Origin: Anthoceros angustus
Taxonomy: Eukaryota > Plantae > Anthocerotophyta
Assembly: GCA_010909165.1 (NCBI GenBank)
Contig: MU008159.1
Span: forward strand, 248,001-312,000
DNA: 64,000 nt
Direction of reading: 5' to 3'
Below are positions 1 through 13,256 of the stretch, in pieces. Below the pieces are notes generated by a model. It did not search any database, was not told where the DNA came from, and was given only the letters and a program-made list of their open reading frames with translations. The translations under genes were made by a program, and so were the position numbers. Numbering within the stretch: position 1 is the stretch's first letter; every line of letters starts with the position of its first letter.

Positions 1-2
1 TG

Positions 3-2045
3 ATAACATACTCCTGGTCGACAACGGCCTGCTCTCCCTCCTCTCTGTCGCATACTAGCTTTGGAGATCCAGGTTGTTTGCAAAGTGGACACGTTCGTGT
101 ATGGATCATAGCTTTTCTCCTTTGCACGGCCCGAGTCAATGACAAATACAACATCATCGATAGTAATTGCAGTTTCAGCAATATTGGTTGCGAGAACAAT
201 CTTGCGTACACCTGGAGGTGGACGTTTGAAAACTTTTTTTTGCTCACTTGAAGGCACCATAGAATGCATCGGAAGAATTAAATACTTGGCCTTCGCAGCA
301 AAAAAGCTGGAGGTTGCCAGCTGTTGCATCACCCTTGAGATGTCATCCCACCCTGGCAGGAACACTAAGATGGCTCCAAAACCGTCGTCAGTGGATGTCC
401 TGCATATATGGCACAATAATCGTTCAATGAGGGCCACATCAATTTCCTCCTGGTCTGTGTTGCTTTGATACTTTGACAACAACACCATTTGCTCTTGCGA
501 GGGTGGACCTTGGGCAGATCCAAACTTTTTTTGTTCAGCATTTCTCTTGTAACTGGACAGTCTTGCAGCAGCCTCAAGTTGCCCATGCTTATTAGCCCAA
601 TCAAGTGCAGTCATTCCATCTTCACAGGTTATAGACATATCAGCCCCTAGCGATAGCAATGTTGATATATCATCAACATGACCTTTGCCCGCAGCAAACA
701 TCAGAGCCGTAGCTCCTGTATGTGAATGCTGGTAGTTGCAAAGGCGTGGGCACTCAATCACCAAATTCATCAATTCCTCAAAATCACCATCTAACCAGGC
801 TATCGCCATAGCACTATCCATATCATCAGCATCACCCTGGTCCACAATGAGCTGATCCTCTGCTTGGTCATCCACATTATCTATAGTTGCGTTTGGAGTT
901 TCCAGCAAGCTGAGCACATCCTCCAGATAATAAGTTCGTACAGGGTACGTGAAACCTGGAACAGTAATGACAGGACAACCCCCAAAATATCGGGAAAACA
1001 AGTCTGAGTCCAGAGTAGCGCTCATTAAAATTAGGCGTAAATCTGGCCTGACTGGAAGCAGGTCCCGCAACACAATCAACAGGAAGTCAGCATTCCGATC
1101 ACGCTCATGAATTTCATCCACAATTACATGTGTGGCATCCACCCCATCTTCTGAGTCATCGTCAGCATCTGCATTCCTTGCTGAATGCCCTCCATACTTC
1201 ACCAGTTTCCGCAGGAGGACACCATTGGTCTGAAACATTAAAGAACTATGTCTCCCTCCTTTAGTCTCTAACCGTATCTGGTACCCAACAGTCGTACCCA
1301 CAGGCTCCCCTCTTTCAGCAGCAATGCGCTCAGCCACAGAAATGGCTGAAATTCGTCGTGGCTGTGTACATATTACCTTGCACGGCTTACCTTCAGACCA
1401 CATATGCTGAAGAATGAACTGAGGCACTTGAGTCGTCTTTCCACAGCCTGTTTCTCCAGCAATCAAGACAACCTGATGGTTATCCACAGCTGAAGTAATC
1501 GCATCCTCATATTGGGCAATTGGCAGCTGCGACCTGTCCTGCACTATCTGCTGCAACGCTGGTAGCCTTTTGATGCGATCTGCCAGAGATGCTACCTGTT
1601 TGGCAATGTCAGTGGCAGCAATTGGGGCCTGAACACGGACAGGCTTTCTGTGAGCAGGTCGAGAATTCTCAGTCCTCCTCACAGGTTTCAGTTCCTGATC
1701 TTCCTCTTCTGTTGGAGGGAACCGTGTAAAAAGCTCTGAAATGGCATCCTGTGTATTAGCTGACATGGAGAGCCGTGTTTCTTTTGTCTTCAGATTGTCC
1801 CCAGCGGACTTCGACACAGTAACACTTCGGTCCGCACCCTTGCCATAACTCTTGGACTTGAACCCCATCTTCTTGCAGAATTCATGCACCACTGCTCTGT
1901 CATGATTGCTCAAGTCACTCTCAAATTTCATCTCCATTGCTGGACTGGCTCTAAAATCCTCAAGCCGGTCCTCAATGTTAATGCGGTCCGACTCAGAAAC
2001 TGGGCGCTGCCCAATCGTCATCTGTCTCCTCCCCCTTGACCCCAT
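3..2045 (-). CDS. DExH-box ATP-dependent RNA helicase, DExH6/NIH/YTHDC2-like (R3H + DEAH core with ankyrin insertion); 3' end runs off the window
   Basis: Open frame from ATG at 2045 (MGSRGRRQ...). R3H-like DRAVVHEFCKKMGFKSKSYGKG; motif I GETGCGKTTQ (~1430-1460); TQPRRISA; DEIHERD (~1095-1120); SAT; ankyrin-like GATALMFAAGKG; FLPGWDDI; ATNIAETAITIDDVV; motif VI QRGGRAGR near position 30. Confidence 0.92.
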   Translation of the reverse strand, partial: MGSRGRRQMTIGQRPVSESDRINIEDRLEDFRASPAMEMKFESDLSNHDRAVVHEFCKKMGFKSKSYGKGADRSVTVSKSAGDNLKTKETRLSMSANTQDAISELFTRFPPTEEEDQELKPVRRTENSRPAHRKPVRVQAPIAATDIAKQVASLADRIKRLPALQQIVQDRSQLPIAQYEDAITSAVDNHQVVLIAGETGCGKTTQVPQFILQHMWSEGKPCKVICTQPRRISAISVAERIAAERGEPVGTTVGYQIRLETKGGRHSSLMFQTNGVLLRKLVKYGGHSARNADADDDSEDGVDATHVIVDEIHERDRNADFLLIVLRDLLPVRPDLRLILMSATLDSDLFSRYFGGCPVITVPGFTYPVRTYYLEDVLSLLETPNATIDNVDDQAEDQLIVDQGDADDMDSAMAIAWLDGDFEELMNLVIECPRLCNYQHSHTGATALMFAAGKGHVDDISTLLSLGADMSITCEDGMTALDWANKHGQLEAAARLSSYKRNAEQKKFGSAQGPPSQEQMVLLSKYQSNTDQEEIDVALIERLLCHICRTSTDDGFGAILVFLPGWDDISRVMQQLATSSFFAAKAKYLILPMHSMVPSSEQKKVFKRPPPGVRKIVLATNIAETAITIDDVVFVIDSGRAKEKSYDPYTNVSTLQTTWISKASMRQRGGRAGRCRPGVCY

Positions 2046-3787
2046 TTGGAACTTGTCCACGATGAGAGTGCACGCTGGGCAGAACTAAACCTCAATAACT
2101 CTGCTTAACCAGACAAAACACAAGAGAGCTGCATAATTAGACAAATCCAAATGCATCAACCTCAGAGCATAGGTCAGAAACTTCAGCAGAAAACAGATGC
2201 AGCGGATCAGTCTGATGCCTGCAGTAGCAATCAGGCAGCCGGTGAGATTTTACCTCTTTCTCCAAAGCTGAGGCATGGACATCTAGCCTCTTCCACGTTC
2301 CGATCAGATATCAAGGTATTCGTGCGGGCCCGTCAAGGTCAACTAAGTGACCACCACACTTTCCAGGAAGGCTTAAGTTGGCCGGATTGGCGCTGGGCAC
2401 CTACATCCACACCGCGCAGAGCATTACTATCCGAAATTAAAAGAAACCAGTAAATCAACAGCAGGGGTTATGTCGCTCACTCCAGGTCCTGAAATTGTGA
2501 CTACTGCTGAGAATGCTGCTGAGCTTCCGGTCTCGATGAACGGTACAGGTCCTGATTTCCATGACTTAAAAACTGATGCAGGCAACCCCTCTGGTCGCCA
2601 GCTCATGATTGGCTCATACTTGCAGCCGTCATCTCCAGGACGACCGCAAATTCAAAAAATCCTTGCTGCAAGCGTCTAACAGGATCGGATGATGAAACGG
2701 GTGCCGAAACCCTAGCCCTAATTCCTGTTTCAGCTTGTTCCAATTTCTCCCGCTACTGCTCAATCGATCCAGCCCTCTAGACTACACCGTCGTAGCCCCA
2801 ACATTGACCGCCACAGCCCCAGCAATTCCCGCCACGGCGCAAACATTTCCCGCCACAGGATCAGCCTCACTTATCGTACTCCACCCTGCCTCAAGATGCA
2901 AAGCCGGTGGACAACGAACTCCGTGGACTGAAATCGAGAAGCACAGACTTAAGTTCTAAAGCGTGCTAATCCCTGCAATCCAAGAGAAGAATATTCGACA
3001 ATCCCTTCGGCTTCAACTAAAGTCTTGTATGTCGATACGTGTTCCACATTCAATGTCAAAACGGCGTTGGCGTGCTGTCTGACTTCTGCCTTGCCTGCTC
3101 CGTGTTCAGCGTTGATGCGCTCTTGCTGACATGCTGGCCCGTGGTCGCTGCCTTCTGCGTGCACCAAGGCGATGACAAAATGGTAGCATGCTGATTACGC
3201 TCGCGCTAGCCTTAACGAACTGTAAAGTCTGAGAGGAGCGCGTCACATGGATATATTTTGCTTTGATACGTGGTTTAGGAAGGGAGCGTATCACCCACAG
3301 CATGGAGCTTCCTTTCATTTTTATAACCCACTGCAGAAACCACCATAACCAGAAGTCCCAAACAAACCCAACCCAAGTTACCCAGCCTCACGAGGCAAGG
3401 TGAGACGTACAGGGATTCCACGTGTCTGGCTTGGATGCCTTCTTGCACCACAGCGAAGGTTGCTGTAGCGTTTCCCGGCTCACTAAATTCTTCCACCTGG
3501 CAGAACAATGGAAGATGAACAGGCCACTGAAAGGTACATAGTTGGCATGGTTAGGTTTGCAGTCTCCTGTTAACCACTCCTCTCTCTAAGGTAACGGGCC
3601 TGCTCGAGCATAAGGACCCTTACCCCTTGGTTGTCCCCAGGTGGATGGGCTATCGTTTTTCCCTTATTGAATAAAATTCCTCGAGCATATAAGGATCCTT
3701 ACCCCTCACCTTTAACCTGTCTTGCACATTCAGAAATACTCCTATGGACTTACATATGGGATGACATAGATGGACGACCCCCTCCAG

Positions 3788-4197
3788 TAGTGTTTACATT
3801 GAATTCGCCCTCAGTCCGTCCTGTCAACTAGTGTTTACATTGAATTCACCATCAGTCTGTCTTGTCAACTAGTGTTTACATTGAATTCGCCCTCCGTCCG
3901 TTGGAAAGCCCGTGCACAGCGGGCGACGGACCGAGGGTATCAAGGTTTTTAACTTGGAGCATATGGGCCCACATATCGGAAACTTATTGTGGCCAGTCCA
4001 GGTGTTCCCATGCTCAGAACATCGACCCACTATGTAATTGTGATAGGTGAAAAGTAGTTTATAATTAGTAAACAGTCTATCGGCAAGAGTCGTAGAAACT
4101 TCCGTCTGCGACTGTTGCCGACAATCCACCCTAGTATTAGGGTGGTCTGGTATTGGGGCAACAGACGGAGGGGGCTTCAAACTCAATGTAAACACTA
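3788..4197. mobile_element. Putative non-autonomous TIR element (MITE-like) with a triplicated left terminus
   Basis: TAGTGTTTACATTG at 3788, 3829 and 3870 (41-bp period). Its reverse complement CAATGTAAACACTA is at 4184-4197, with further inverted similarity (CCCTCCGTCCGTTG / CAACAGACGGAGGG). No clear TSD. Confidence 0.55.
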
Positions 4198-5967
4198 CTT
4201 TAGTATGCTGGGAGGAACCAGGGTTGGCCAGTTAGGCTATGAGAACGCAACGACTCGTTGCTACGGTGTCATTGCAGGAAACGAGAGGGGTGTATGCAAA
4301 CGTAATAGGCTCTGAGTCAACCCTCGCACCCGCCAAGCTCTACCCTACACATACACACATGTGAGTGGAACTCCAAGCACAACTGACCATCAACAGTCCA
4401 CCCTTCGGGGGATCACAAGACACACAACATAGATGTACAAGAGACTACGCAACTGGAGTGCTAGTAGAGCCAAGACATAGGAGCTTAGAAGCTCCACAGT
4501 GAGCAAAAGGGCATAGCCACGTCCATTGCCAAATGTGTGTACACTAGGTTATAATGACCACTACTTGTAGCGGAAGTTCTTCGCCAAAATTGGCACTACT
4601 TTGAATCTATGGCGCTACTTTGAATCTATGGCGCCTATTAGGATCCTAGGCACCACAGGCTCTTAAGAGACGTTGCTGCAAAACCTGTTGCCCTCAAATG
4701 GAAAACTTCATTTACACCACATGAAGTCCTTTTCTTGCTGTTCCGTTCTCATCCCTGCACAATTCCTTCCCGTCATGCAAGAATTGGTACAAGCAGAGCT
4801 GACCATGGTTTGCAATCAACTCCATTGTCGATTTTAACTCAGTGCAAAGAATAATAATATTTTATTTGACGTATATAGAACAAAGAATATTATTTTGCCT
4901 CAACGCTGGCCCATAGTGGACTAAATCCTAACGTTTCTCTTGTGCATTTCAATCTCTAAAGTTTGGTCTAAACTCTAAACCTAGTTTAAACCCCAGACAT
5001 GTTGTTGCCATTGGTCTCAAATTAATCTTGGAAGTGATTATGCTCTAGCTCATATCATTCTTCTAGCACTCGACGTCTCTAACGTCACAAACTTCCCATC
5101 ATTTTTTCTTCTTAATAAAATATAAGGTTTCAAAGTGATAAGGATCAATTAGGGAGGCCACTTGTGTTTTTCCTTTAACAATAGTGCTTGTTTTACCGTT
5201 TTTGCATCAGGTTGTTATTTTTTTAATGAAAATATTATTGTAATAGTATGTTATTGAATAAACTTCACTAAAATCAATATTGTTAACATGATTAACAAGA
5301 AAGAAAGAATTTTATTATAGCCCACTATGACAGTCATGGGACTCAAACAAGATAAAGACAAAGGATGTGATAAAAATAGTTCAAACTAGTTCATAATTAA
5401 AATAAAATAGCTAATTAAAATCTTAAGCGTATGGCAGATTCATCGTCTTCAGCATGGCCTTCCATAAATCTTACACGTTTTGTTAGCATAAGTCGCTTGT
5501 ATATCTATGTACTGATCATTGACATTTCGCGTTTGAACTTAATTGACCAACCTTGCTAAATGACTATGAACTAGTCAGGGTATGTCTGTTTACAAGCATA
5601 TCGTCATGTCATATTTTATGACATCATTGCATCCAAGGGACTAACTGTCTATACATTTGATTGTGAATTCTTACCCTATTTTGGTGTGAATGAGACCACC
5701 CATCTCTGGTTATTACATTAGAACCCACAAAAGTTCTCTCACAATACAAACAAAATATAAAACAGTATCTTTTAAAGAAATACAATAAAATTGACATCGA
5801 AGATAATTTTTATATATGAAACAAATATCGAGACTTCATCATATTTTAACTCTATATATGTGTGAGCTACTTTCATAGATCCATCTTCATTGCTTGCTTG
5901 TTTCATTCTTTTCCATAGTCCATAGTAGATTTCTTTTTAAATTGGGTCGTTATTTTTTGTGTGAAAG

Positions 5968-6577
5968 ATGATGCACAATTTGAGTGGTTATGCCATGGCC
6001 TTTATGGTCATCATGAACATCATTGTTTTGCTTGGGATATCCAAGGCTGGTCTTGGAGAAGTTATTGAAAGTCACCAGGATGATTTCAATTTTTTTCTAG
6101 TGCAAAAGTCGGCAACTAATCTGGCAACATTTTCTATGGATCGTACGTTTTTATTGTCGACTTGTTTTGTATATATTGTCCCATGCAATTTTAAGTACTT
6201 GTATACTCACACCTTCGTTTATTTTCTTTTTCTTTGTAGCAAATAGTTGTTGCTACAATAACACAGAAGACGGACAAGTTAGCATCGGGATTTGGGCGGT
6301 TGGAGATGAGACTATATGGAAAGAGGGAATGAACTGTGGGAAGTCCTTTAATATGTGCCGTGCCTCTAGTAATCACGACGGATCAGGTCCTGTTGATGGA
6401 AATATCTGCATTAACACTACTATTGAAGTCCAAATTATTGATCAAATGCGAGCTGACAACGATTATCATAAAGCCAATTTGATTCTTTCTTTGGAAACAT
6501 GGGTCCATATCTTTGGAGACAACATGTATGATGATACTCCTCGAACGATGTACATTTACGAGGTATCAAAAGCTTAA
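5968..6577 (+). CDS. Secreted EG45-like / plant natriuretic peptide-like (DPBB, expansin-related) protein, divergent
   Basis: Hydrophobic signal peptide. GT-AG intron 6143-6239 joins ATFSMD-P-NSCCYN. Then AVGDETIWKEGMNCGKSFNMC...C...VQIIDQ...LILSLE, resembling the EG45 pattern A(S)D.IW..G..CG..Y.V.C...C....V.IVD......LS.EAF. Confidence 0.65.
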
Positions 6578-7080
6578 ACCGTGGATTTGAGACAAAAAGG
6601 TTTCTTTGAGATTAAATAATTAATGCATTATGTTGTTTAAAAAATATATGATATTTATTTGACCTCAATATGTCTTCCAAATATGCTAGCTTTTGGTAGC
6701 TTCAAAATTTTACTATTCACCATACATTGATTTTGAGAGAAACTTGCCACTTCCGAATTCGAATACTTGTGCTACGGATAGCACGGTAGTACAAGACACC
6801 AAGTTCAAGGTGCTTTAGGATTAAGTAGCCATCATCCTCACCGTCCAATAAGTATATTATGTAGTTTTTTTCCTTACCTAATCTCCCACTTGGACGAAAA
6901 TAAGTTCTGCGAGACTAGTTAAAATGAAGAAAATGTCGTTCCTTAAGATAACATCTACACGTTGTTCCATTGGAACTCCACGATCAAGCACCCTTGGGTG
7001 GGATCATTACTTCGAGTGCTATGGATCCCATGCCATAAAAGGTCCTACGGGGCCGCTTTTGTAAAAAATGTCATACAGGG

Positions 7081-7282
7081 TGTAGAAATAAGTAATTATT
7101 TATTATCATCCCAAACTAATTATCATAATAGGTTAGGGTTATTGAAGCGTTTTTGTGAAACTCCCACCGTCACGACTCTCCAGCACCACCTTCTTGTACC
7201 ACACACGTTTTTGCTCAATTTACTTCTCACACAACGCCATCTCTGTATGATTGCTCGATGCTTGTACTTGCCATACTGTTTA
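7081..7282 (+). repeat. 5' LTR of copia element
   Basis: Starts TGTAGAAATAAG, matches 13061-13256, and is immediately followed by the PBS. Confidence 0.92.
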
Positions 7283-8086
7283 TGGTATTAGAGCAATTCA
7301 ATCAATTTCATGGCAATCTAGCTTCCTATTTCAGCAGGCCTACTCAACATGAAGAGGCGCCACCAATCCTGGCTCATGGAACTTCTTCCAATTGCTGAAC
7401 GTAGCAAGAAAGATAAGAGATCAGAAAAATGTCAGGTTTCTTGCATCTTTCGATGCCTGCTTTAATGGACTAATCTGCAGAGGAAATGATAAAGAACCAT
7501 CAGTTCTGTTGGAGTCACTTACCCCAAACATCTACACGAACCTCTTGTTGCTGTAGAAACACCTGCAACAGTAGAATTTGCCATTATTCTTCAGTAGTTG
7601 TTCATCAAAGCTAAAAGAGACACTTTCAGATCTCATAACCCCCTTATACATGTACAAAACAAACTCCAGGCATTAGCAAAAGAAGCTTACGCATACCAAC
7701 GTAAGACAAAATTCGATAATATCATGCTACACAAGCAAATAGGGAAGTTAGAACACAAGATCAAGCAGCTAGGAAGCCAATTCCGTCAATTTTAAATTTC
7801 AGTGGTTACAGGATCCAAAGCAGACACACCCATTTACTCTGCACGAGATCCCGTAGTGTCTTACATGCCAATTACATCCAAATTGGCTTATACACGTCCT
7901 GCTGAACCTGTAGATCTTGCCTCTTACAAACATCTACCAGAGCCTCTAGAGATGACTCTTATAGGTCTAGCTTCTATGTTAGACTCAGATTCAACTCCCA
8001 AGGATAGCTACATCCTGTAGTCTTCCTGTCTTTAAAAGGATAGCTACCAGTAACCCTAGTTTTTCATTAACATCAATACCCAAACC

Positions 8087-11000
8087 ATGGCTACTGGTTC
8101 TCAACAGACATCTACCATAGTTGGTAGCATTCCTCCTATGGTAGAAATTAAGGACAGGGATAGATTTAATGGTACTGATTTTGATACTTGGGAAATGAGA
8201 ATGGTAGCTATCTTAGAAGAACAGGAATTAATGGATGTAGTGGATGGGACTCTAGCAAGACCCGTTACACCTACTCCTAAACTTGCTGCTGGCAGCCCAG
8301 CTGCCCTAGTGATAATAGCATGGCATAAGAAGGACAAAAGGGCCAGAAACATTCTGCTTTCTGCCCCTAGACAGAAACATGATGTCACATACTCAGGGCC
8401 AAACAACAGCTGCTGCAGTATGGACAGTCTTCAAAGATATGTTTTCTGCCAAAGACCCCATGGCTCACCTTAATGCCACAAGACAATTATACACAATGAC
8501 AATGAAAGAGACGGATACCATAGAGGACCATGTGCATAGGTTTCGGACTCTGAGGGCCAAGCTTGCTTCTGCTGATCCAGCCAGATCCACGGTTACAGAA
8601 CTTCAAGCTGCCAATATACTGCTCTCATCTCTTCCTGCAAGCTACCGTACTATAGTCAGTACTCAGGCTTCGGTATTAAGACAAGTTGCAAAAGCAGCAC
8701 CTGCTGGACATGCTCCAGCCATTACCTTATCGGAGATTATTGGAGCCCTGCTTGAAGAAGAGTCTAGCAAAATAGGAACAGGCCGTGCTTCCTTCTCCCA
8801 TCAACAACAGCATGTCTTGTATACCTCTAGGGGAAGAGGACGAGGCAGAGGCGGTTTTCGGCCAAGACACCACTATAGTAGACCTGGAAATAGCTCCACA
8901 TCTGGACAGCGGAAGGCAAAAGGCCCCTGTAGCTGGTGATGCATACCTGGTCACTATGAACACGAGTGCCGAAAGAAACTTGCAGGAGAGCCTCGTCATC
9001 CTGCAACAGAAACACATATGGTTAGATCAAACCCTAATAACAAGGCACCAGCTATACTTGCAGTCTGTCTGTCACTCACCAAGGTAGAGAAATCTATGTG
9101 GTTCCTTGACTCATGTGCAACTAACCACATCTGTCAATCAAAAGACATGTTCATAACTGATACAAAATCTGCCACTAGCCAATTCGTGCCCTTAGGTGAC
9201 GACCATGGATTATCCATAGAAGGATCAAGGCAAGTCATGCTTACCCTCAATTGTGGACAGCAGGTCATCCTACAAGGAGTCGTACATTTTCCACACATGA
9301 CAAAAAATCTGTTATCAGTTCATAAGCTTACAACTGAGCATCCATTGTAGTTACTTTTTAAACCAGGGTCCTGCACCCTAACACCAGCAAATCAGAACTC
9401 ACTTGTATTAGCAGTAGGAGTCCCATACCATGGTCTCTATAGCCTGCAAATTACAACACCAGAATCATTACATAAGGCCAATGTTGCTGATGCAAAGCCT
9501 GGTGTTAGTCCTACTTTTCTATGGCACTGTCGCCTATGCCACCCAAGTCCAGCTTTTCTACAGAGAGTTGTTCAACATCGAGAACTGTACAAAGATGGAC
9601 TTACCCTTACACTTGAAGATAGCACCTTCTGCGAGAGCTGCCAATATGGAAAGATAACACAGAAACCTTATAATGATCCTGAACCAACCAAGGCTACTAC
9701 CCTGCTGGAAGTTGTCCATTCGGACATTTGTGGACCCATGTCCACACAATCTCTAGTGGGAGCCATCTATTTCTTATCTTTTATGGACAAATGGAGTCAT
9801 TATTGCCAACTCTATTATTTACATAGCCGCCAGCAGACTTATGCCAAGTTTGTTGAATATGTGGCTATGGCTGAAGCTCAAACGGGATGCACCATTAAGC
9901 GTTTACGAATTGACAATGCCAAGGAATATGTCAGCGGAGACTTCAGTGCTTTCAGCAGACAAAAGGGCATAATACACCAGTTAACAATTCCATATCATCC
10001 GCCCCAAAATCCAGTTGCAGAGCGCTATAACAGGACTTTGCAAGAAAGGACAAGAGCCACACTCACTTTGGCAGGACTTACCAGGGGATATTGGGCGGAG
10101 GCAGTGGACTCTATCAACTATGTCACCAACAGGTTGCCTCTAAAGCCTTTTTATGACACCACACCCTTTGAGAGATGGACTGGTGACAAACCTCGTATCC
10201 GTCACCTCAGAATCTTCGGAGCAGCAGCCTATGCCTACATACCAGCAGACAAGCGAAGAAAGATGGACCACAAAGCCACAAAGCATATATTTGTTGGCTA
10301 TTCAGATACGGTGAAAGGATGCAAGCTTTATAATCCCTCTACCAGGGAGCTATCCATAGCACGCTGTGTAAGCTTTAATGAATCCTATATCCTGCAGTCC
10401 CACGAGAAATTTGTATCCAGTTATGACACTCTGCCTGCAGTCACCATACATGGCCATACACCTATATATGAAGACAGTTTACCCGATTCAGATTTAGACA
10501 GTGACCACGTGATTTTTGAGCCAGAGACAGTTGCAGTTTTGCCTGCAGCCCCTGATCCACTTGGTCATGATAATGATCAGCCTGATGAGGCCACTGTCCA
10601 AGCTGATGAGTTGGAGATGGATCCAGCAGAACCTGATTTACCAATTCAACCTGCACATGATGAACCGCTCGAACATGAGTATAATTATGCTGAACAGCCA
10701 GCCATGCATGATTTTGCTGAACAGCCAGCTAGACAGGATTTGGCCAGAGATGAACCAATTCCTCTACGACGATCAGCCAGGATACACAGACCACGTTCAG
10801 AATGGCTAAATCCTCCTATGAACCTTTCAGCCTTCGCATCAGACTCTACAAGGGAAAGTCTTGAACAGATGGCTCGACATATGGCTTATACTATTATGGA
10901 ACCACCTGATACTCCAATGACCTACAAGAAGGCTCTCGCCTCACCACAAAAATCAGATTGGCAAAAGGCAATCGACAGCGAATATAAATCACTCATGGAC

Positions 11001-12490
11001 AACCAAACATGGAAACTGGTTAGATTACCTCCAGGGCGTAAGGCAATTACCTCCAAGTGGGTTTTTAAGTTGAAGCTAAATCCGGATGGTTCTGTTGCCC
11101 GCTACAAGGCACGTTTGGTCGCCAGAGGATACACACAAGTACAAGGGCTTGATTATAACGAGACTTTCAGTCCCATGGTGAAGCCCACCTCTATGAGGAT
11201 ACTCCTCTGCTATGCCATTCAACACAATTTACTAGTCCACCAGATGGACGTTAAAACAGCCTTTTTAAACGGTCCCCTGGACGAGACCATCTTCATTACA
11301 CAGCCAGAAGGATATGTGTTTGATCCAGACCTTGTGTGTGAACTGCTGAAGTCATTATATAGGCTGAAACAATCAGCTCGCATATGGAACAGACAAGCTG
11401 ACAAGAAGCTTCGAGCTTTAGGTTTTGAACCTCTCACAGCAGATTGCAGCATGTATGTCCTGCGTACAGCAAACGGATTATGTATCATTGCGCTGTATGT
11501 AGATGATAATTTCATATTCGCTAGCAGCAGGAAATTCTCACACAAGTTAAAAGGACTTAGCTGAAGAGTGGGATATGACTGATGTTGGTCCTCTACGTTT
11601 TGCTCTTGGAATCCAATTCCATTTTAATCCATTGATGCTTGGTGACCCTACATCAAGAGCACTTCATTAGACAAATTCTGAACAAGTTTCAGCTACAAGA
11701 TATTAATCCTGTTGCCACCCTGTTGCTGTTGGAGAAAAGCTCTCAATAGCAGACTGCCCAACAACAGAGGCGGAAAAATATGAAATGTCTCAAATACCTT
11801 ATAGGAGGTTGTCGAGTCTTCTATACCTTGCAGGATGGACACGTCCTGATATTTCTCTAGCAACAGGCGTTGTATCACGTTATTTATCAAACCCTGGCAG
11901 CGACACTGGATCGCTGTTAAGAGAATCCAATGCTATTTAAAGGGAACTAGGCATCTATGTCTCAGGTATACTAAAGCACAAGACTTCACACTTACCTGCT
12001 ACACGGATGCAGATTGGGCCGGTGATGTGGATGGACGGAAGTCCATAGCTGCCTACTACAATCTCCTTTGTGGATCTGCCATAAGTTGGCAAAGCAAAAG
12101 CTTAGCACTATCAGCCTCTCATCTACGGAAGCAGAATACAGTGCTTTATCCTTGGCAGCCGAGATCAGCTGGATACGTCAATTCCTCACAGACATTAAAG
12201 TACCCCAGACTAGCCCTACGACATTACAATGTGACAACCAGTCGGCAATCGCGCCATCAGCTAATCCTATTCTACATGCCAGATCAAAGCACATAGAAAT
12301 TCAGTTTCACTATATCAGGCAAGCCGTTGAACAGAAGATCATAGCTTTAATTTATGTGCCAACAGCCCAAAACGTGGCAGACCTGCTTACAAAAGGCCTA
12401 AGCAAGCAGCTGCATGAGCAGCACAGACTCTCCTTGGGTCTAACAAACATTACTTATCTCAAGGCTGACGGCAAACATGCAACTGGGTAG
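8087..12490 (+). pseudogene. Copia gag-pol polyprotein, disrupted by frameshifts and stops
   Basis: Split over ORFs 8087-8473, 8379-8939, 9018-9350, 9738-11564 and 12068-12490. Stop codon inside the gag zinc knuckle; several frame changes in RT/RNase H. Confidence 0.9.
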
Positions 12491-13060
12491 TCCGATTGCA
12501 GGTCGCTACAGCTTGCAGGAGTTGGGGCAACTTCGCAGTGGATACCTCTTATGTTTCTAGCAGGCGAGTTCAACCGCTCCAGTATCTGCAGCAAGCCCAC
12601 ATGTCAGACCCTGCAGCAACCTGGATGAAGCTCAAAGCACACAACAAATCAGTTTGCAGCAGTGGCGTACCCTCTCCTATTTCACTTAATTTCGGACAGC
12701 AACACCTAGCATGCAGCTCTGGGCATGAGCCAAAGCTCTGTGCCTGTTATGGGCAGACTCACGCGAGTCATATGGGGCAGCATCTCCTCTCCAAGCTGCA
12801 AGCTACGTCGTTTTTTGCTCCTTTCTCCTTTCTCCTTAGGGACTTCACACGCGCGCAGCAGCTATGTAATGTGGCGTTGCTCACCATCTCATGCCCGGCG
12901 TAAGTTCTCGCGACAGTCCGTTTTTCTTTTGAGCCGCGGGACTATGTATGGTCGAGAATTCACGTTCACAACAACCACAGAAGACGCGCAGCCTTATCAA
13001 CAACCTTGTCTTTTTTTTTCAACCCGTAACCTATGATCCTCAGTTAGGTTTGAGAGGGGG

Positions 13061-13256
13061 TGTAGAAATAAGTAATTATTTATTATCATCCCAAACTAGT
13101 TATCATACTAGGTTAGGGTTAGTGTAGCGTTATTGTGAAACTCCCATACTCTCCAGCACCACCTTCTTGTACCACACACGTTTTTGCTCAATTTACTTCT
13201 CACACAACGCCATCTCTGTATGATTGCTCGATGCTTGTACTTGCCATAACTGTTTA
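13061..13256 (+). repeat. 3' LTR of copia element
   Basis: Copy of 7081-7282 with a handful of substitutions and two small indels; preceded by a purine tract. Confidence 0.92.

Larger units (their letters stand above)
7081..13256 (+). mobile_element. Full-length but degenerate Ty1/copia LTR retrotransposon
   Basis: Near-identical ~200-bp LTRs at 7081-7282 and 13061-13256. PBS TGGTATTAGAGC at 7283; PPT GAGAGGGGG before the 3' LTR; imperfect 5-bp TSD CAGGG/CGGGG. Domain order is gag, protease (WFLDSCATNH), integrase, RT (YKARLVARG, QMDVKTAFLNG, LYVDD), RNase H (DADWAG, SSTEAEY, RSKHI, ADLLTK). Confidence 0.96.
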
